A DNA stretch of 64,000 nt from an uncultured Clostridia bacterium (GTDB taxonomy: Bacteria; Bacillota; Clostridia; TANB77; CAG-508): positions 23,789 through 87,788 of the forward strand of contig CANRNC010000005.1 in the NCBI GenBank assembly GCA_947631915.1, given 5' to 3'. The position numbers were made by a program, and so were the translations under genes. Under the pieces are notes generated by a model. It was not told where the DNA came from. It saw only the letters and a list, made by a program, of their open reading frames with translations, and ran no database searches. Position 1 is the first letter of the stretch, and each line of letters opens with the position of its first letter. Below are positions 18,734 through 29,402 of the stretch, one piece after another.

Positions 18734-20792
18734 ATTTGATATAATAGATTTAGATTGTGCACAATGTGCTAAAGAAGTTGAGGAAGCAATAAATGAAATT
18801 GAAGGGATTCAAAATTGCATAGTAAATTTTGGAACAGGAAAAATTACTTTAGAATCAAATTTAGCAAATACTTTAGAAGAGATAAGAAAAGTAACTGCTA
18901 AAGTAGAACCTGACTGTAAAATAAAAGAAATAGGAGAGAAAGTAAAAGAAAATAAAGATTATGAGGTAGTGAGACTAGTAATTGGAATTATATTGGCGAT
19001 AATTGGATTCCAAGGGATTATACATAATGAAATAATATCTAATGCTTTTATAATTGGAGCCTATGGTATTTTGTTATATAGAACCTTAAAAAAAGCAATA
19101 AAGCAATTAAAAGGAAAAATTATAGATGAAAATTTATTGATGGTAGTTTCATGTATTGGTGCATATATAGTTGGGGAAAAGCTAGAAGGATTAATGGTTA
19201 TTCTCCTATTTGAAATAGGAAAAATATTAGAAACAAAGGCAATTTCGAGGTCAAGGAAATCTATTAAAGATTTAATGGATATAAAGCCTAAATATGCAAA
19301 TTTAAAAGCTGAAAATGGAGAAACTAAACAAGTTGAACCACAAAATGTAAAAATTGGAGATATAATAATTGTAAAAGAAGGAGAGGAAATACCACTAGAT
19401 GGTATTGTTATTTCTGGAAATGCCTATTTAAATACATCAGCATTAACAGGAGAGTCAAAATTACAAGAAGTAAAAAAAGATAGTACTGTACTTTCAGGAA
19501 GTATTAATCAAGATGGACTAATTGAGATTAAAGTTACAGCTAATTACGAGAATGGAACTGTAAATAGAATTTTAGAATTAGTTGAGCGAGCTACAGATAA
19601 AAAAGCTAAGACAGAGACTTATGTTACAAAATTAGCAAAAATATATACACCTATTGTAATAGTATTAGCAGTGATTGTTGGAATATTTATGCCAGTGGTA
19701 GTTCCACAAATTAGTTATTCAGAAAGTATTTATAGAGCTTTAACATTTTTAGTAATTGCATGTCCATGCTCTATTGCAATATCAGTACCTTTATCATATT
19801 TCTCTGGAATAGGCAAAGCATCTAAAAAGGGAATTTTAATAAAAGGTAGTGACTTTTTGGATGGTCTAAAGAATGTAAACCACATAATATTTGATAAGAC
19901 AGGAACGATTACAACAGGAAAGTTTAAAGTTTCTGATATTAATACACTAAATAGTGAATTATCAAAAGATGATGTATTAAAATATGTGGCAATAGGGGAA
20001 AACTTTTCAAACCACCCATTAGCAAAGTCAATACTAGAAAAATATTCAGTTGACATAGATACATGTGAAGTGAGAAACTTAAAAGAAGTTTCTGGAAAAG
20101 GCATTGAATATGAAATGGATTCTAAAAAAATAAAAGTTGGTAATAAAAAATTTATTCAAGAAGACTTAAAAAATAAATTAGAAGAAGTTGATTCATCAGG
20201 TACAATTATTTATTTATCAATAGATGATTTTGCAAAAGGTGCTATAATATTAGAAGATCAAGTAAAAGAGAATGTAAAAGAAGTTACTTTAAAGTTAAGA
20301 AAAATGGGAATTAAGTCAATGATGTTTACAGGTGATACACAAGAGTCAGCACAAGAAGTTGCAAAAATAGCAGGAATTGATGAAATAAAAGCACAAATGT
20401 TACCACAAGATAAATTTGACGAATTAGAAAAAATAATAAATAAAAATGAAAAAGGAAAAAAAGTTGCATTTGTAGGTGATGGTATAAATGATAGTCCAGT
20501 TTTAGCAAGGGCAGATATAGGAATATCTATGGGTGGAGTTGGTGCATCATCTGCTATAGAGGCATCTGATGTAGTACTCATGACTGATGAAATAAATAAG
20601 ATATTGGAAGGCATAGAAATTTCTAGGAAAACAAATAGGATTATAAAGCAAAATCTAATATTTGCAATAACAATAAAAATAATAATTTTAATATTTTCAA
20701 TATTTGGTATTTCAAACATGTGGCAGGCCGTATTTGCAGATGTAGGAACTACAATAATTACAATATTCAATACTTTAAGAATATTAATATAA
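18711..20792 (+). CDS. Heavy-metal translocating P1B-type ATPase (Cd/Zn/Co/Pb-type, CadA/ZntA-like)
   Basis: N-terminal HMA with CAQC, TM CPC motif (ACPCSIA), DKTGTIT phosphorylation site, SNHPLAKSI, GDGINDSP; overlaps regulator by 23 nt. Confidence 0.9.
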   Translation: MNTLKKYRFDIIDLDCAQCAKEVEEAINEIEGIQNCIVNFGTGKITLESNLANTLEEIRKVTAKVEPDCKIKEIGEKVKENKDYEVVRLVIGIILAIIGFQGIIHNEIISNAFIIGAYGILLYRTLKKAIKQLKGKIIDENLLMVVSCIGAYIVGEKLEGLMVILLFEIGKILETKAISRSRKSIKDLMDIKPKYANLKAENGETKQVEPQNVKIGDIIIVKEGEEIPLDGIVISGNAYLNTSALTGESKLQEVKKDSTVLSGSINQDGLIEIKVTANYENGTVNRILELVERATDKKAKTETYVTKLAKIYTPIVIVLAVIVGIFMPVVVPQISYSESIYRALTFLVIACPCSIAISVPLSYFSGIGKASKKGILIKGSDFLDGLKNVNHIIFDKTGTITTGKFKVSDINTLNSELSKDDVLKYVAIGENFSNHPLAKSILEKYSVDIDTCEVRNLKEVSGKGIEYEMDSKKIKVGNKKFIQEDLKNKLEEVDSSGTIIYLSIDDFAKGAIILEDQVKENVKEVTLKLRKMGIKSMMFTGDTQESAQEVAKIAGIDEIKAQMLPQDKFDELEKIINKNEKGKKVAFVGDGINDSPVLARADIGISMGGVGASSAIEASDVVLMTDEINKILEGIEISRKTNRIIKQNLIFAITIKIIILIFSIFGISNMWQAVFADVGTTIITIFNTLRILI

Positions 20793-20798
20793 TGTGTG

Positions 20799-20832
20799 AG
20801 GCAGACTTGAGTCTGCCTTATTATTTTTTTAG
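20799..20832 (+). terminator. Rho-independent terminator
   Basis: AGGCAGAC-ttga-GTCTGCCT then TATTATTTTTTT. Confidence 0.7.
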
Positions 20833-20935
20833 TAATATTAAATATTTATGAAGTATTATAAAAAAAATCATAAATTACTAGAAATTGAAATAGATAAGTG
20901 ATATAATACTATGAATGAGAATAGGAGGTTTATGT

Positions 20936-22150
20936 ATGAAGAAAATTTTAACTATTATATGTGTATTGATAATAGTTATGATAATTTCTGCTGTAGGATT
21001 AATTATATGGATGTATAGGGAGGAACAAGAAAATAAAAGAATAGATGCAGAGGCAGTTACTTTAAAAGAAAATCTAACAATTGAATTTGGAAAAAAGGCG
21101 AAGGTATCTGATTTTATAGAAAATCTTAATGGAACATTACTTGACGATTATGAAATAGATACGGAAAAATTAGGAAATATACCAGTTTCTTTCGAATTTA
21201 TAAATATAAAGAACAAGAAAAGGACAGCGACTTTTGATATAAATACAATAGATGTAACAGCACCACAAATTTTTAGTGGAAGTTCATATACAGTACAAAA
21301 AGGGTATTCTAAAAATTTAACAGATGTATTATTAAGTGGAGATGACATTGACGATAATCCAATAAGAAAAATAGTAGGAGAATATGATTTTAATACCTCT
21401 GGTAGTTATAATTTAACATATATTGTAACAGATTCAAGTGGAAATGAAACAAAAAGAGATTTCACACTTAACGTTATAGAACCTCAACAATCGCCAACAG
21501 CTACAATTCCAAAAGAACCAGTATATTTGGATGATGTTTTAAGTAATTATAAAACTGAAAAAACAAAAATAGGTATAGATGTATCTAAATGGCAGGGAGA
21601 GATTGACTGGCAGAAAGTAAAGAATGCAGGTATAGAGTTTGCAATAATAAGAATGGGTTACCAAACAGATTATGATGGAGAGTATGTAATAGATCCATAT
21701 TTTATTGCAAATATTGAAGGGGCAAAAGCAGAAAATTTACCAGTAGGTATTTATTTCTATTCATATGCAAAAAACATTCAACAGGCAAAAGAACAAGCAG
21801 AGTGGGTAAAAGAAAATTTGAAAAATTATGAAATAGATTTACCAATAGCATTTGATTGGGAAAGTTGGAATTCTTTTAACACAGCAGGTATGAGTTTTTA
21901 TACAATAAATAAATCTGCAAATATATTTTTAGACACTTTAACAAATAGTGGTTATAAAGGAATGTTATATGGGAGTAAAAGTTATTTAGAGAAAATATGG
22001 TATCCAACTCATCATGATACTTGGTTAGCTCATTATACAAGTCAAACTAATTATCAAGGAGAGTATATTCTTTGGCAAATGTGTGATACGGGAAGAATAG
22101 ATGGAATAAATGGCAATGTAGACATTGATATAATGTATATAGATAAATAA
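20936..22150 (+). CDS. Membrane-anchored GH25 muramidase (lysozyme) with N-terminal TM and Ig-like middle region
   Basis: C-terminal GIDVSKWQGEIDWQKV…FAIIRMGY…DWE GH25 signature; N-terminal TM helix; RBS AGGAGG; extended -10 TGATATAAT at 20899-20907. Confidence 0.75.
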   Translation: MKKILTIICVLIIVMIISAVGLIIWMYREEQENKRIDAEAVTLKENLTIEFGKKAKVSDFIENLNGTLLDDYEIDTEKLGNIPVSFEFINIKNKKRTATFDINTIDVTAPQIFSGSSYTVQKGYSKNLTDVLLSGDDIDDNPIRKIVGEYDFNTSGSYNLTYIVTDSSGNETKRDFTLNVIEPQQSPTATIPKEPVYLDDVLSNYKTEKTKIGIDVSKWQGEIDWQKVKNAGIEFAIIRMGYQTDYDGEYVIDPYFIANIEGAKAENLPVGIYFYSYAKNIQQAKEQAEWVKENLKNYEIDLPIAFDWESWNSFNTAGMSFYTINKSANIFLDTLTNSGYKGMLYGSKSYLEKIWYPTHHDTWLAHYTSQTNYQGEYILWQMCDTGRIDGINGNVDIDIMYIDK

Positions 22151-22180
22151 AAACTAATAATAGAAAGGGTAGAGGTAGAA

Positions 22181-23221
22181 ATGAACAAAAAATCAATAGC
22201 AATAATATTTGGAGGTGTAAGTCCAGAATATGATGTATCACTAGAATCAGCATATAGTGTTATTACAAATATAGATAAAGAAAAATATGATATAATTCTA
22301 ATTGGTATTAGTAAATCAGGAGATTGGTTTAAATATGATGGAGATATAATTAATATTAAGAATAATACTTGGCAAGAAAATGGTAAATGTGCTAAAGTAG
22401 TAATTTCAACTAATATGAGTGATAAAGGAATAATCGAATTAGAGAATAATTTAAATATCATAAAAGTAGATGCTATTTTTCCAGTATTACATGGTTCAAA
22501 TGGAGAAGATGGAACTGTTCAAGGAATAGTACAATTATCAGGAATACCATTAATAGGTTGTGATGTACTTTCATCTAGTTTATGCATGAATAAATATTTA
22601 TCACACAAATTGGTAGAAAGCTATGGTATAAAAGTAGCTAAAAGCATAGTTGTAAATAATAATACAAGTAAAGATGAAATAAATATGAAATTAGAAGAAT
22701 TAGTATATCCTTTATTTGTAAAACCAATGAGAGCGGGATCTTCTTTTGGCATTACAAAAGTAGAAAATAAAGATCAAATAGATGAAGCTATTAAAGAAGC
22801 ATTAAAATATGATACAGAAATAATCATAGAAGAAAATGTTGATGGAATAGAAATAGGGTGTGCCATTTTGGGAAATGATGAATTAACAGTTGGAGAAATA
22901 GATGAAATAGAATTGAGTGAAGGATTTTTCGATTATACTGAAAAATACACATTGAAAACCTCAAAAATACATGTACCAGCCAGAATAGATAGAAAAACTT
23001 CTAAAAAAGCAAAAGAAACAGCAAAAAAAATATATAGGATTTTAAATTGTAGAGATTTTGCAAGAGTAGATATGTTTTTAACTCCAGGAGGAGATATTTA
23101 TTTTAATGAAATCAATACAATACCAGGATTTACTTCTCATAGTAGATATCCTAGTATGATGAAACAGATAGGAATTACGTTTGATAAATTAATAGATAAG
23201 TTAATAAGTTTGGAAATATAA
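22181..23221 (+). CDS. ddl: D-alanine--D-alanine ligase
   Basis: ATP-grasp Ddl pattern; omega-loop EKY consistent with D-Ala-D-Ala specificity (inference). Confidence 0.85.
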   Translation: MNKKSIAIIFGGVSPEYDVSLESAYSVITNIDKEKYDIILIGISKSGDWFKYDGDIINIKNNTWQENGKCAKVVISTNMSDKGIIELENNLNIIKVDAIFPVLHGSNGEDGTVQGIVQLSGIPLIGCDVLSSSLCMNKYLSHKLVESYGIKVAKSIVVNNNTSKDEINMKLEELVYPLFVKPMRAGSSFGITKVENKDQIDEAIKEALKYDTEIIIEENVDGIEIGCAILGNDELTVGEIDEIELSEGFFDYTEKYTLKTSKIHVPARIDRKTSKKAKETAKKIYRILNCRDFARVDMFLTPGGDIYFNEINTIPGFTSHSRYPSMMKQIGITFDKLIDKLISLEI

Positions 23222-23242
23222 TTTTATAAGAAGGTAATATTA

Positions 23243-24370
23243 ATGGAAAAACAACTTATAATGCAACATAGAGCTTGGGTAGAAATAGATTTAGATAATT
23301 TGAAAAATAATATAGAACAAATAAAAAGTGTTATCCCTAAAAAATGTAAAATTATGGCGATTGTTAAAGCAAATGCTTATGGACATGGAATGGTAGAGAT
23401 ATCAACCAAGTTAAATGAAATTGGCATACAAGATTTTGCTGTAGCTACATTGTCAGAAGGAATAACATTAAGAGAGAATAATATTAAAGGAAATATATTA
23501 ATATTAGGCTATACACCTTTAGAAGATATAAAATATGTAGAAAAATATGATTTGATACAAACTATAGTAGATTATGAATATGCAAAAGCAATAGAAGAAC
23601 TTAAATTAGATAAAAAACTTAAAGTACATATAAAAATAAATACAGGGATGAATAGAATAGGAGAATGTTACAAGAATTTAGATGATATAAAGAAAATTTA
23701 TGAAATGAAAAATTTAGAGATATTGGGGACATATAGTCATCTATGTGTAGCAGATAGTTTAGAACCTAAAGATGTAGAATTTACAAATAATCAAATCAAT
23801 AATTTTTTTAGTTGTATAGATAAAATAAAAGAATCTGGACATTATGTAGGAAAAATACATATTCAATCTAGTTATGGAATATTGAATTACTCTAATGTAG
23901 AATGTGATTTTGTACGTCCGGGTATTATTATGTATGGAGCATATAATGAATGTCAAACAAAAGTAAAAATTAATATAAGACCTGTATTATCTTTAAAATC
24001 AATAATAACAAGCGTTAAGCAAATACAAAAGGGAGAAACTGTAAGTTATGGAAGAACTTTTATGGCAAATGAAAACAAAAAAATTGCTGCAGTTTCTATA
24101 GGATATGGCGACGGATATCCAAGGAATTTAAGCAATAAAAATGTTAAGGTATTTGTAAATGGAGAGTATGCAGAAATAATTGGTAGAATCTGTATGGATC
24201 AACTAATGATAGATGTTACAAATATTAAAAATGTTAATCCAGGAGATGTAGTAGAACTTATAGGAGAACAAATACCTGTAGAAAGTGTTGCAAGTAAGGC
24301 AGATACAATTACAAACGAACTATTATGTAGATTAGGAGATAGATTAGGAAGAATCGCAAAATCTGAATAG
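23243..24370 (+). CDS. alr: Alanine racemase
   Basis: VKANAYGHG PLP-lysine motif; cytoplasmic, no membrane domain. Confidence 0.88.
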   Translation: MEKQLIMQHRAWVEIDLDNLKNNIEQIKSVIPKKCKIMAIVKANAYGHGMVEISTKLNEIGIQDFAVATLSEGITLRENNIKGNILILGYTPLEDIKYVEKYDLIQTIVDYEYAKAIEELKLDKKLKVHIKINTGMNRIGECYKNLDDIKKIYEMKNLEILGTYSHLCVADSLEPKDVEFTNNQINNFFSCIDKIKESGHYVGKIHIQSSYGILNYSNVECDFVRPGIIMYGAYNECQTKVKINIRPVLSLKSIITSVKQIQKGETVSYGRTFMANENKKIAAVSIGYGDGYPRNLSNKNVKVFVNGEYAEIIGRICMDQLMIDVTNIKNVNPGDVVELIGEQIPVESVASKADTITNELLCRLGDRLGRIAKSE

Positions 24371-24374
24371 AAAA

Positions 24375-26420
24375 ATGGAGGAAATAAGTTTGGGGAAAGA
24401 AGATAATATATTAGGAACTGAAAAAATAGGAAAATTAATTGCAAAGTTTTCAATACCATGTATCATATCGCTATTGGTAAATTCATTATATAATATAGTA
24501 GATCAAATATTTATTGGTTGGGGAGTAGGTTATTTAGGAAATGGAGCTACTAATGTAGTGTTTCCATTAACTATGATTTGTCTAGCATTTGCATTAATGC
24601 TAGGTGATGGTTCATCTGCTTATTTAAGTTTAAAGTTAGGTGAAAAGAAAAAAGATGAAGCTGCAAAAGGAGTAGGAAATGGAATAATAGTTTCAGTTAT
24701 TATAGCAATAATTTTTTGTGTTTTTACATTAACATTTTTACCACAATTATTAAATGTATTTGGTTGTACAGATGCTTTAAGAGATTATGCTATTGGATAT
24801 GGAAGAATTATTGCAATTGGATTACCATTTATGATGATAGGAACTACTTTGAATTCAATAATTAGAGCTGATGGAAGTCCAAGATATTCAATGACTTCAA
24901 TGGTAGCAGGTGCAATTTTAAACATTATACTAGATCCTATTTTTATATTTGTATTAAAAATGGGAGTAGAAGGAGCAGCTATTGCTACAATATTAAGTCA
25001 ATTCCTTACTTTTGCACTTAATATAATATATATAAGAAAATTCAAATCAATAACTTTGAGTAAAGAGAATTTTAAAATTAAGTTTAGTATATTAAAAAGA
25101 GTAGCAACTTTAGGAATAAGTAGTTTTGTAACACAAATGAGCTTTGTATTTGTTGTAGCAACTGAAAACAATTTACTTGCAAAATACGGTTTAGAGTCTA
25201 AATATGGTTCTGAAATACCTATAACAGTATTAGGAATTGTTATGAAAATTAGTCAAATTCTAAACAGTATTATAATAGGAATTGCAGCAGGTTCACAACC
25301 AATTTTTGGATATAACTATGGTGCAAGAAAATTTGAAAGAGTAAAAGAAACTTTAAAAATAGTTTTAGGATTGAGTGTTGTAATTAGTACAATTGCATTC
25401 ATTTTATTCCAAGCAATACCAGATAAGTTAATTTCTATATTTGGTAGTGGTGATGAACTTTATATGGATTTTGCATGTCTAGCATTTAAGACATATCTAT
25501 TACTATGTATTTGTAATGGTATACAAATACCTGCAGGAATTTTCTTCCAGGCAATTGGAAAGAGTATAAAAAGTGTTATCTTATCATTATCAAGACAAAT
25601 TGTATTTTTAATACCATCAATGATAATATTGAGTGGTATCTTTGGAATAATGGGAGTATTATATTCTGGACCAGTAGCTGATGGAATGGCATTTATTCTT
25701 GCAACAACTTTATTAATATTAGAAGTAAAAAATCTAAATAAGGAAACAATGAAGAGCAATGCATTAGACGATGATACAAGTACTGATAATAAATTGAGTA
25801 AACATATTGTAATTACAGTATCAAGAGAATATGGATCTGGTGGAAGATATGTTGGAAGATTAATTGCTGATAAATTGGGAATTAAACTATATGATAAAGA
25901 ATTAATAAAAAAGGTATCTAATGAAACAGGACTATCAGAGGAATACATAGAAAGTAATGAGCAAAAGAGAGAAGCATTAGAGAACTTAAATAATGGATAT
26001 TATTTTGGATTAAATTATTCAGATGAACTATTTATCAAGGAATCTGAAATTATTAGAGAGATAGCTGAAAAAGAATCTTGTGTTATAATAGGTAGATGTG
26101 CGGATTTTATTTTAAAAGATAAAGAAAATGTTGTAAAGGTATTTATATATAGCAATATGGAAGATAAAATAAAAAGAGTAACAGACATTTATGGAATAAA
26201 AAAGGAGGATGCAAAAAAAGAAATAAATAGAGTTAATAAGTTAAGAGCAAACCATTATAAACATTATACAGAAAGAGAATGGAGCGATAGTGAAAACTAT
26301 GATATAACAATAAATAGTGCGACATTAGGAGTAGAAAAAACAGCAGATTTAATTTGCAAGATGGTTTTAGAAGAACTAGAGAAAATCGATATACAGAAAA
26401 CACCTATTGAAAATAATTAA
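24375..26420 (+). CDS. Fusion protein: MATE/MOP-family transporter (N, ~460 aa) + cytidylate-kinase-like P-loop domain (C, ~210 aa)
   Basis: 12-TM MATE-like N-terminal region; C-terminal HIVITVSREYGSGGRYVGRLIADKLGIKLYDKELI… matches the cytidylate kinase-like family (PF13189-type) motif ISREYGSGG. Confidence 0.7.
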   Translation: MEEISLGKEDNILGTEKIGKLIAKFSIPCIISLLVNSLYNIVDQIFIGWGVGYLGNGATNVVFPLTMICLAFALMLGDGSSAYLSLKLGEKKKDEAAKGVGNGIIVSVIIAIIFCVFTLTFLPQLLNVFGCTDALRDYAIGYGRIIAIGLPFMMIGTTLNSIIRADGSPRYSMTSMVAGAILNIILDPIFIFVLKMGVEGAAIATILSQFLTFALNIIYIRKFKSITLSKENFKIKFSILKRVATLGISSFVTQMSFVFVVATENNLLAKYGLESKYGSEIPITVLGIVMKISQILNSIIIGIAAGSQPIFGYNYGARKFERVKETLKIVLGLSVVISTIAFILFQAIPDKLISIFGSGDELYMDFACLAFKTYLLLCICNGIQIPAGIFFQAIGKSIKSVILSLSRQIVFLIPSMIILSGIFGIMGVLYSGPVADGMAFILATTLLILEVKNLNKETMKSNALDDDTSTDNKLSKHIVITVSREYGSGGRYVGRLIADKLGIKLYDKELIKKVSNETGLSEEYIESNEQKREALENLNNGYYFGLNYSDELFIKESEIIREIAEKESCVIIGRCADFILKDKENVVKVFIYSNMEDKIKRVTDIYGIKKEDAKKEINRVNKLRANHYKHYTEREWSDSENYDITINSATLGVEKTADLICKMVLEELEKIDIQKTPIENN

Positions 26421-26499
26421 ACTGACTACTCAGTCTAATAATATTTTCGCTTCTTTGTGATATAAATAAATTAAAAATAAATATATAGTTGAGGTAAAT

Positions 26500-28225
26500 A
26501 TGGAAAGTAAAAAAATATTTGAAGCCAAAGAATTTAAAAATATGAAAGAGATAATTTACGAATCAGCAAAGAAGCATAATGAAAGAATAGCATTTGTAAT
26601 TAAGCATCAAGAAAACAAAAATATAAGTTATGAAGATATAACTTATAAACAATTGTTAGAAGATATTAATAGATTTGGCACTAGTTTATATGAAATGGGA
26701 CTTAAAGGTAAAAGAATAGCTATAATAGGTAGAAATAGGTATGAATGGGTATTAGCACATTTTTCAAATCTATTAGGAGGAATTGTTTCAGTACCACTAG
26801 ATAAAGATTTACAATATGAAGAACTCGAAAATTCATTAATTAGAAGCAATGCAGAATGTATAGTTTTTGACGAGAAGTTACTTGAAAGAATAGAAGAAAT
26901 CAAAGAAAAAGGTAATACACAATTAAAAGAATATATTTGTATGGCAGATATAGAAGGCTTTACATCTGTAAATGAACTAGTAAATAAAGGTGAAAAATTA
27001 TTAAAGGGACGGTAAAAAGGATTACGTAAATGCTCAAATAGATGAAAATGCAATGAATATATTATTATTTACTTCTGGAACTACATCAAAATCAAAAGCA
27101 GTAATGCTATCACATAAAAATATAGCATCTAATGTATATGCATTACAATGTGTAGAGGATATTAGGGATACAGATACAAATATAGCTTTTTTACCTTTTC
27201 ATCATATCTTTGGATCAACTTGCATGGCATTAATGTTAGCACAGGGAGTTAAAACAGTATTTCCTGATGGTTTAAGATATATTAAACAGAACTTAAATGA
27301 ATATAAAGTAACAATATTTGTGGGAGTTCCTGTTTTGACCGAAGCTATATATAAAACAATAATGAAGGAAATTGAAAAACAAGGCAAGACAAAATTAATA
27401 AAGTTTGCATTAAAAGTAAGTAATATTCTATTAAAATTACATATTGATATTAGAAGAAAATTATTTAAACAAGTTCTTGAAGCTTTAGGTGGAGAATTAA
27501 GATTTGTTATAACAGGAGGGGCACCTGCAGATCCATTAGGGCTTAAAGGATTTAATGACTTTGGAATAAAAACTGCCCAAGGTTATGGATTAACAGAAAC
27601 AGCTCCAGTAATATGTGCTGAAACTGAAAAACATAAAAAAAACGGTTCAGTAGGAATTCCAATGATAAATGACACTATTGAAATTGTAAATAAAGATGAA
27701 AATGGTATAGGAGAGATAAGAGTAAAAGGACCTAATGTGATGTTAGGATATTATGAAATGCCTGAAGAAACATCAAAAGTGTTAAAAGATGGATGGTTCT
27801 ATACAGGAGATTTAGGGTATTTTGATGAAGAAGGATTCTTGTTTATAACAGGAAGAAACAAAAATATGATAGTTCTAAAAAATGGTAAAAAAGTATTTCC
27901 AGAGGAACTTGAAACTTTGGTAAATAGATTAGAACTAGTTGAGGAATCTATGGTATTTGGTTTACCCGACGAACAAGATAAAAATGATATTAAATTATCA
28001 GTAAAAATTGTATATAATAAAGAAGTAGTAAAAGAAAAATATGAAGGAAAAACTGAAGAAGAATTATATGACATTATATGGAATGAAATTAAGGAGATAA
28101 ATAAAACATTTCCAAGATATAAACATATACAAAATATGATTCTAACTAGCGAAGAACTAATAAAGACAACCACCAAGAAAGTAAAAAGACAAGAGGAAAT
28201 GAAATTAATTTTAAGTAATAAATAA
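26500..28225 (+). pseudogene. Long-chain acyl-CoA synthetase-like AMP ligase paralog 1, +1 frameshift in G3 run 27006-27008
   Basis: ORF 26500-27015 (…KGEKLLKGR*) and ORF from 27005 frame (DGKKDYVNAQIDENAMNILLFTSGTTSKSK…) align collinearly with the intact paralog at 29403 (…RGKKLIENGNREFLDAKIDPNEMSIMLFTSGTTSKSK); deleting one G restores the frame. Confidence 0.7.
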
Positions 28226-28318
28226 AAATTCCAACTATTTTGAAAACAAAAAGCATCTAAATGATGAAAATATAAAACATTATTTAGATGTTTATTTATA
28301 ATAAAAGGAGGAATTAAT

Positions 28319-29278
28319 ATGAAAGAAAAATTTAAAATAATAGCATTAATTATAATAATTGTGTTAGTTTTAGGATTACTAGGTTATGAAATTATAAAAG
28401 AAAGAAAAATTTATAATGAGCCTGCTGATGATGAAGAGGTGATTATAGAACCAATATATAAAGATTTAGAATCATTACCATTAGATTATGATTTCGCTCA
28501 AATGGTTGAAGATGATTGCTATATAGTAACAAATTCTGGAGTAGTTTATAATCTAAAGAATCTAAATAACTTTATAAAAAATGTTGAAAATAATGTAAGA
28601 GATCAAGTAAGAATAATACAATATACTATAGAAGGACAACCAATAATAAAAGATTTAGAGTATACACAGGATAAATTCATTCTGAAGAATGACTATCGAA
28701 GGGATGGATTTTCAGCTAATGAAGATAGAATAATTGAGACAACTGAATATGATGCATCTTTATATGAATTACAGAAAAGTGAGGATACAAGTACTATAAA
28801 TAAAAATGTTACTCTTCGCAATATCTATTTAAAAGAAAAAGATACAGAAAATAGTATTTATATTTGCCAGTTAGCAGAGATAAAAGAGACGAGTGAAGAA
28901 GAGTTCAAAATAGAATTTGAAAGAAATGATACAGGAAAAGTAAAGATATTAGATGCTTCAGAGACAGACAAATATGATTATAACATTTATACATATAAAG
29001 GAGAGGTAAATATTATAATTAATGAAGAGAAAATGTCTTTAAGAGATGCTTTACTTAACGATAAGATAACAGTTGACCGAATATTAGAAAAAGCTGAAAA
29101 AGATTTTAATGAAAGAACTATATGGAGAGGAGTATATTCAGATGGTGGAAGTAAAAATTATATCTATGATGACTATTCAATATTGAAATGCAATAGAATT
29201 ATGAGCACTCCTGATGAGCGTGATAGAGATTTATATATTGGAATACCATCAATGTACATTGGAGAAGTTACAAAATAA
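28319..29278 (+). CDS. Hypothetical membrane-anchored extracytoplasmic protein
   Basis: 319 aa, N-terminal signal-anchor, no recognised family; RBS AAAGGAGGAA. Confidence 0.5.
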   Translation: MKEKFKIIALIIIIVLVLGLLGYEIIKERKIYNEPADDEEVIIEPIYKDLESLPLDYDFAQMVEDDCYIVTNSGVVYNLKNLNNFIKNVENNVRDQVRIIQYTIEGQPIIKDLEYTQDKFILKNDYRRDGFSANEDRIIETTEYDASLYELQKSEDTSTINKNVTLRNIYLKEKDTENSIYICQLAEIKETSEEEFKIEFERNDTGKVKILDASETDKYDYNIYTYKGEVNIIINEEKMSLRDALLNDKITVDRILEKAEKDFNERTIWRGVYSDGGSKNYIYDDYSILKCNRIMSTPDERDRDLYIGIPSMYIGEVTK

Positions 29279-29402
29279 TAAATGTAGGGGGGACTTATGT
29301 CCACCCTATTTTATTTTTTAAACTGACCACCCAGTTCAATATATATCTATAAAATGTAATGATATAAATAATACTGTTAATAAATATATAAAGGATGAAA
29401 AG

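Noticed and set aside
22181-24370. ddl plus alr as a vancomycin-resistance (vanC/G-type) cluster
   Set aside because: There is no vanR/S two-component system, no vanXY peptidase, the racemase lacks the membrane domain of VanT, and the ligase has the Tyr-containing omega-loop context of ordinary Ddl.
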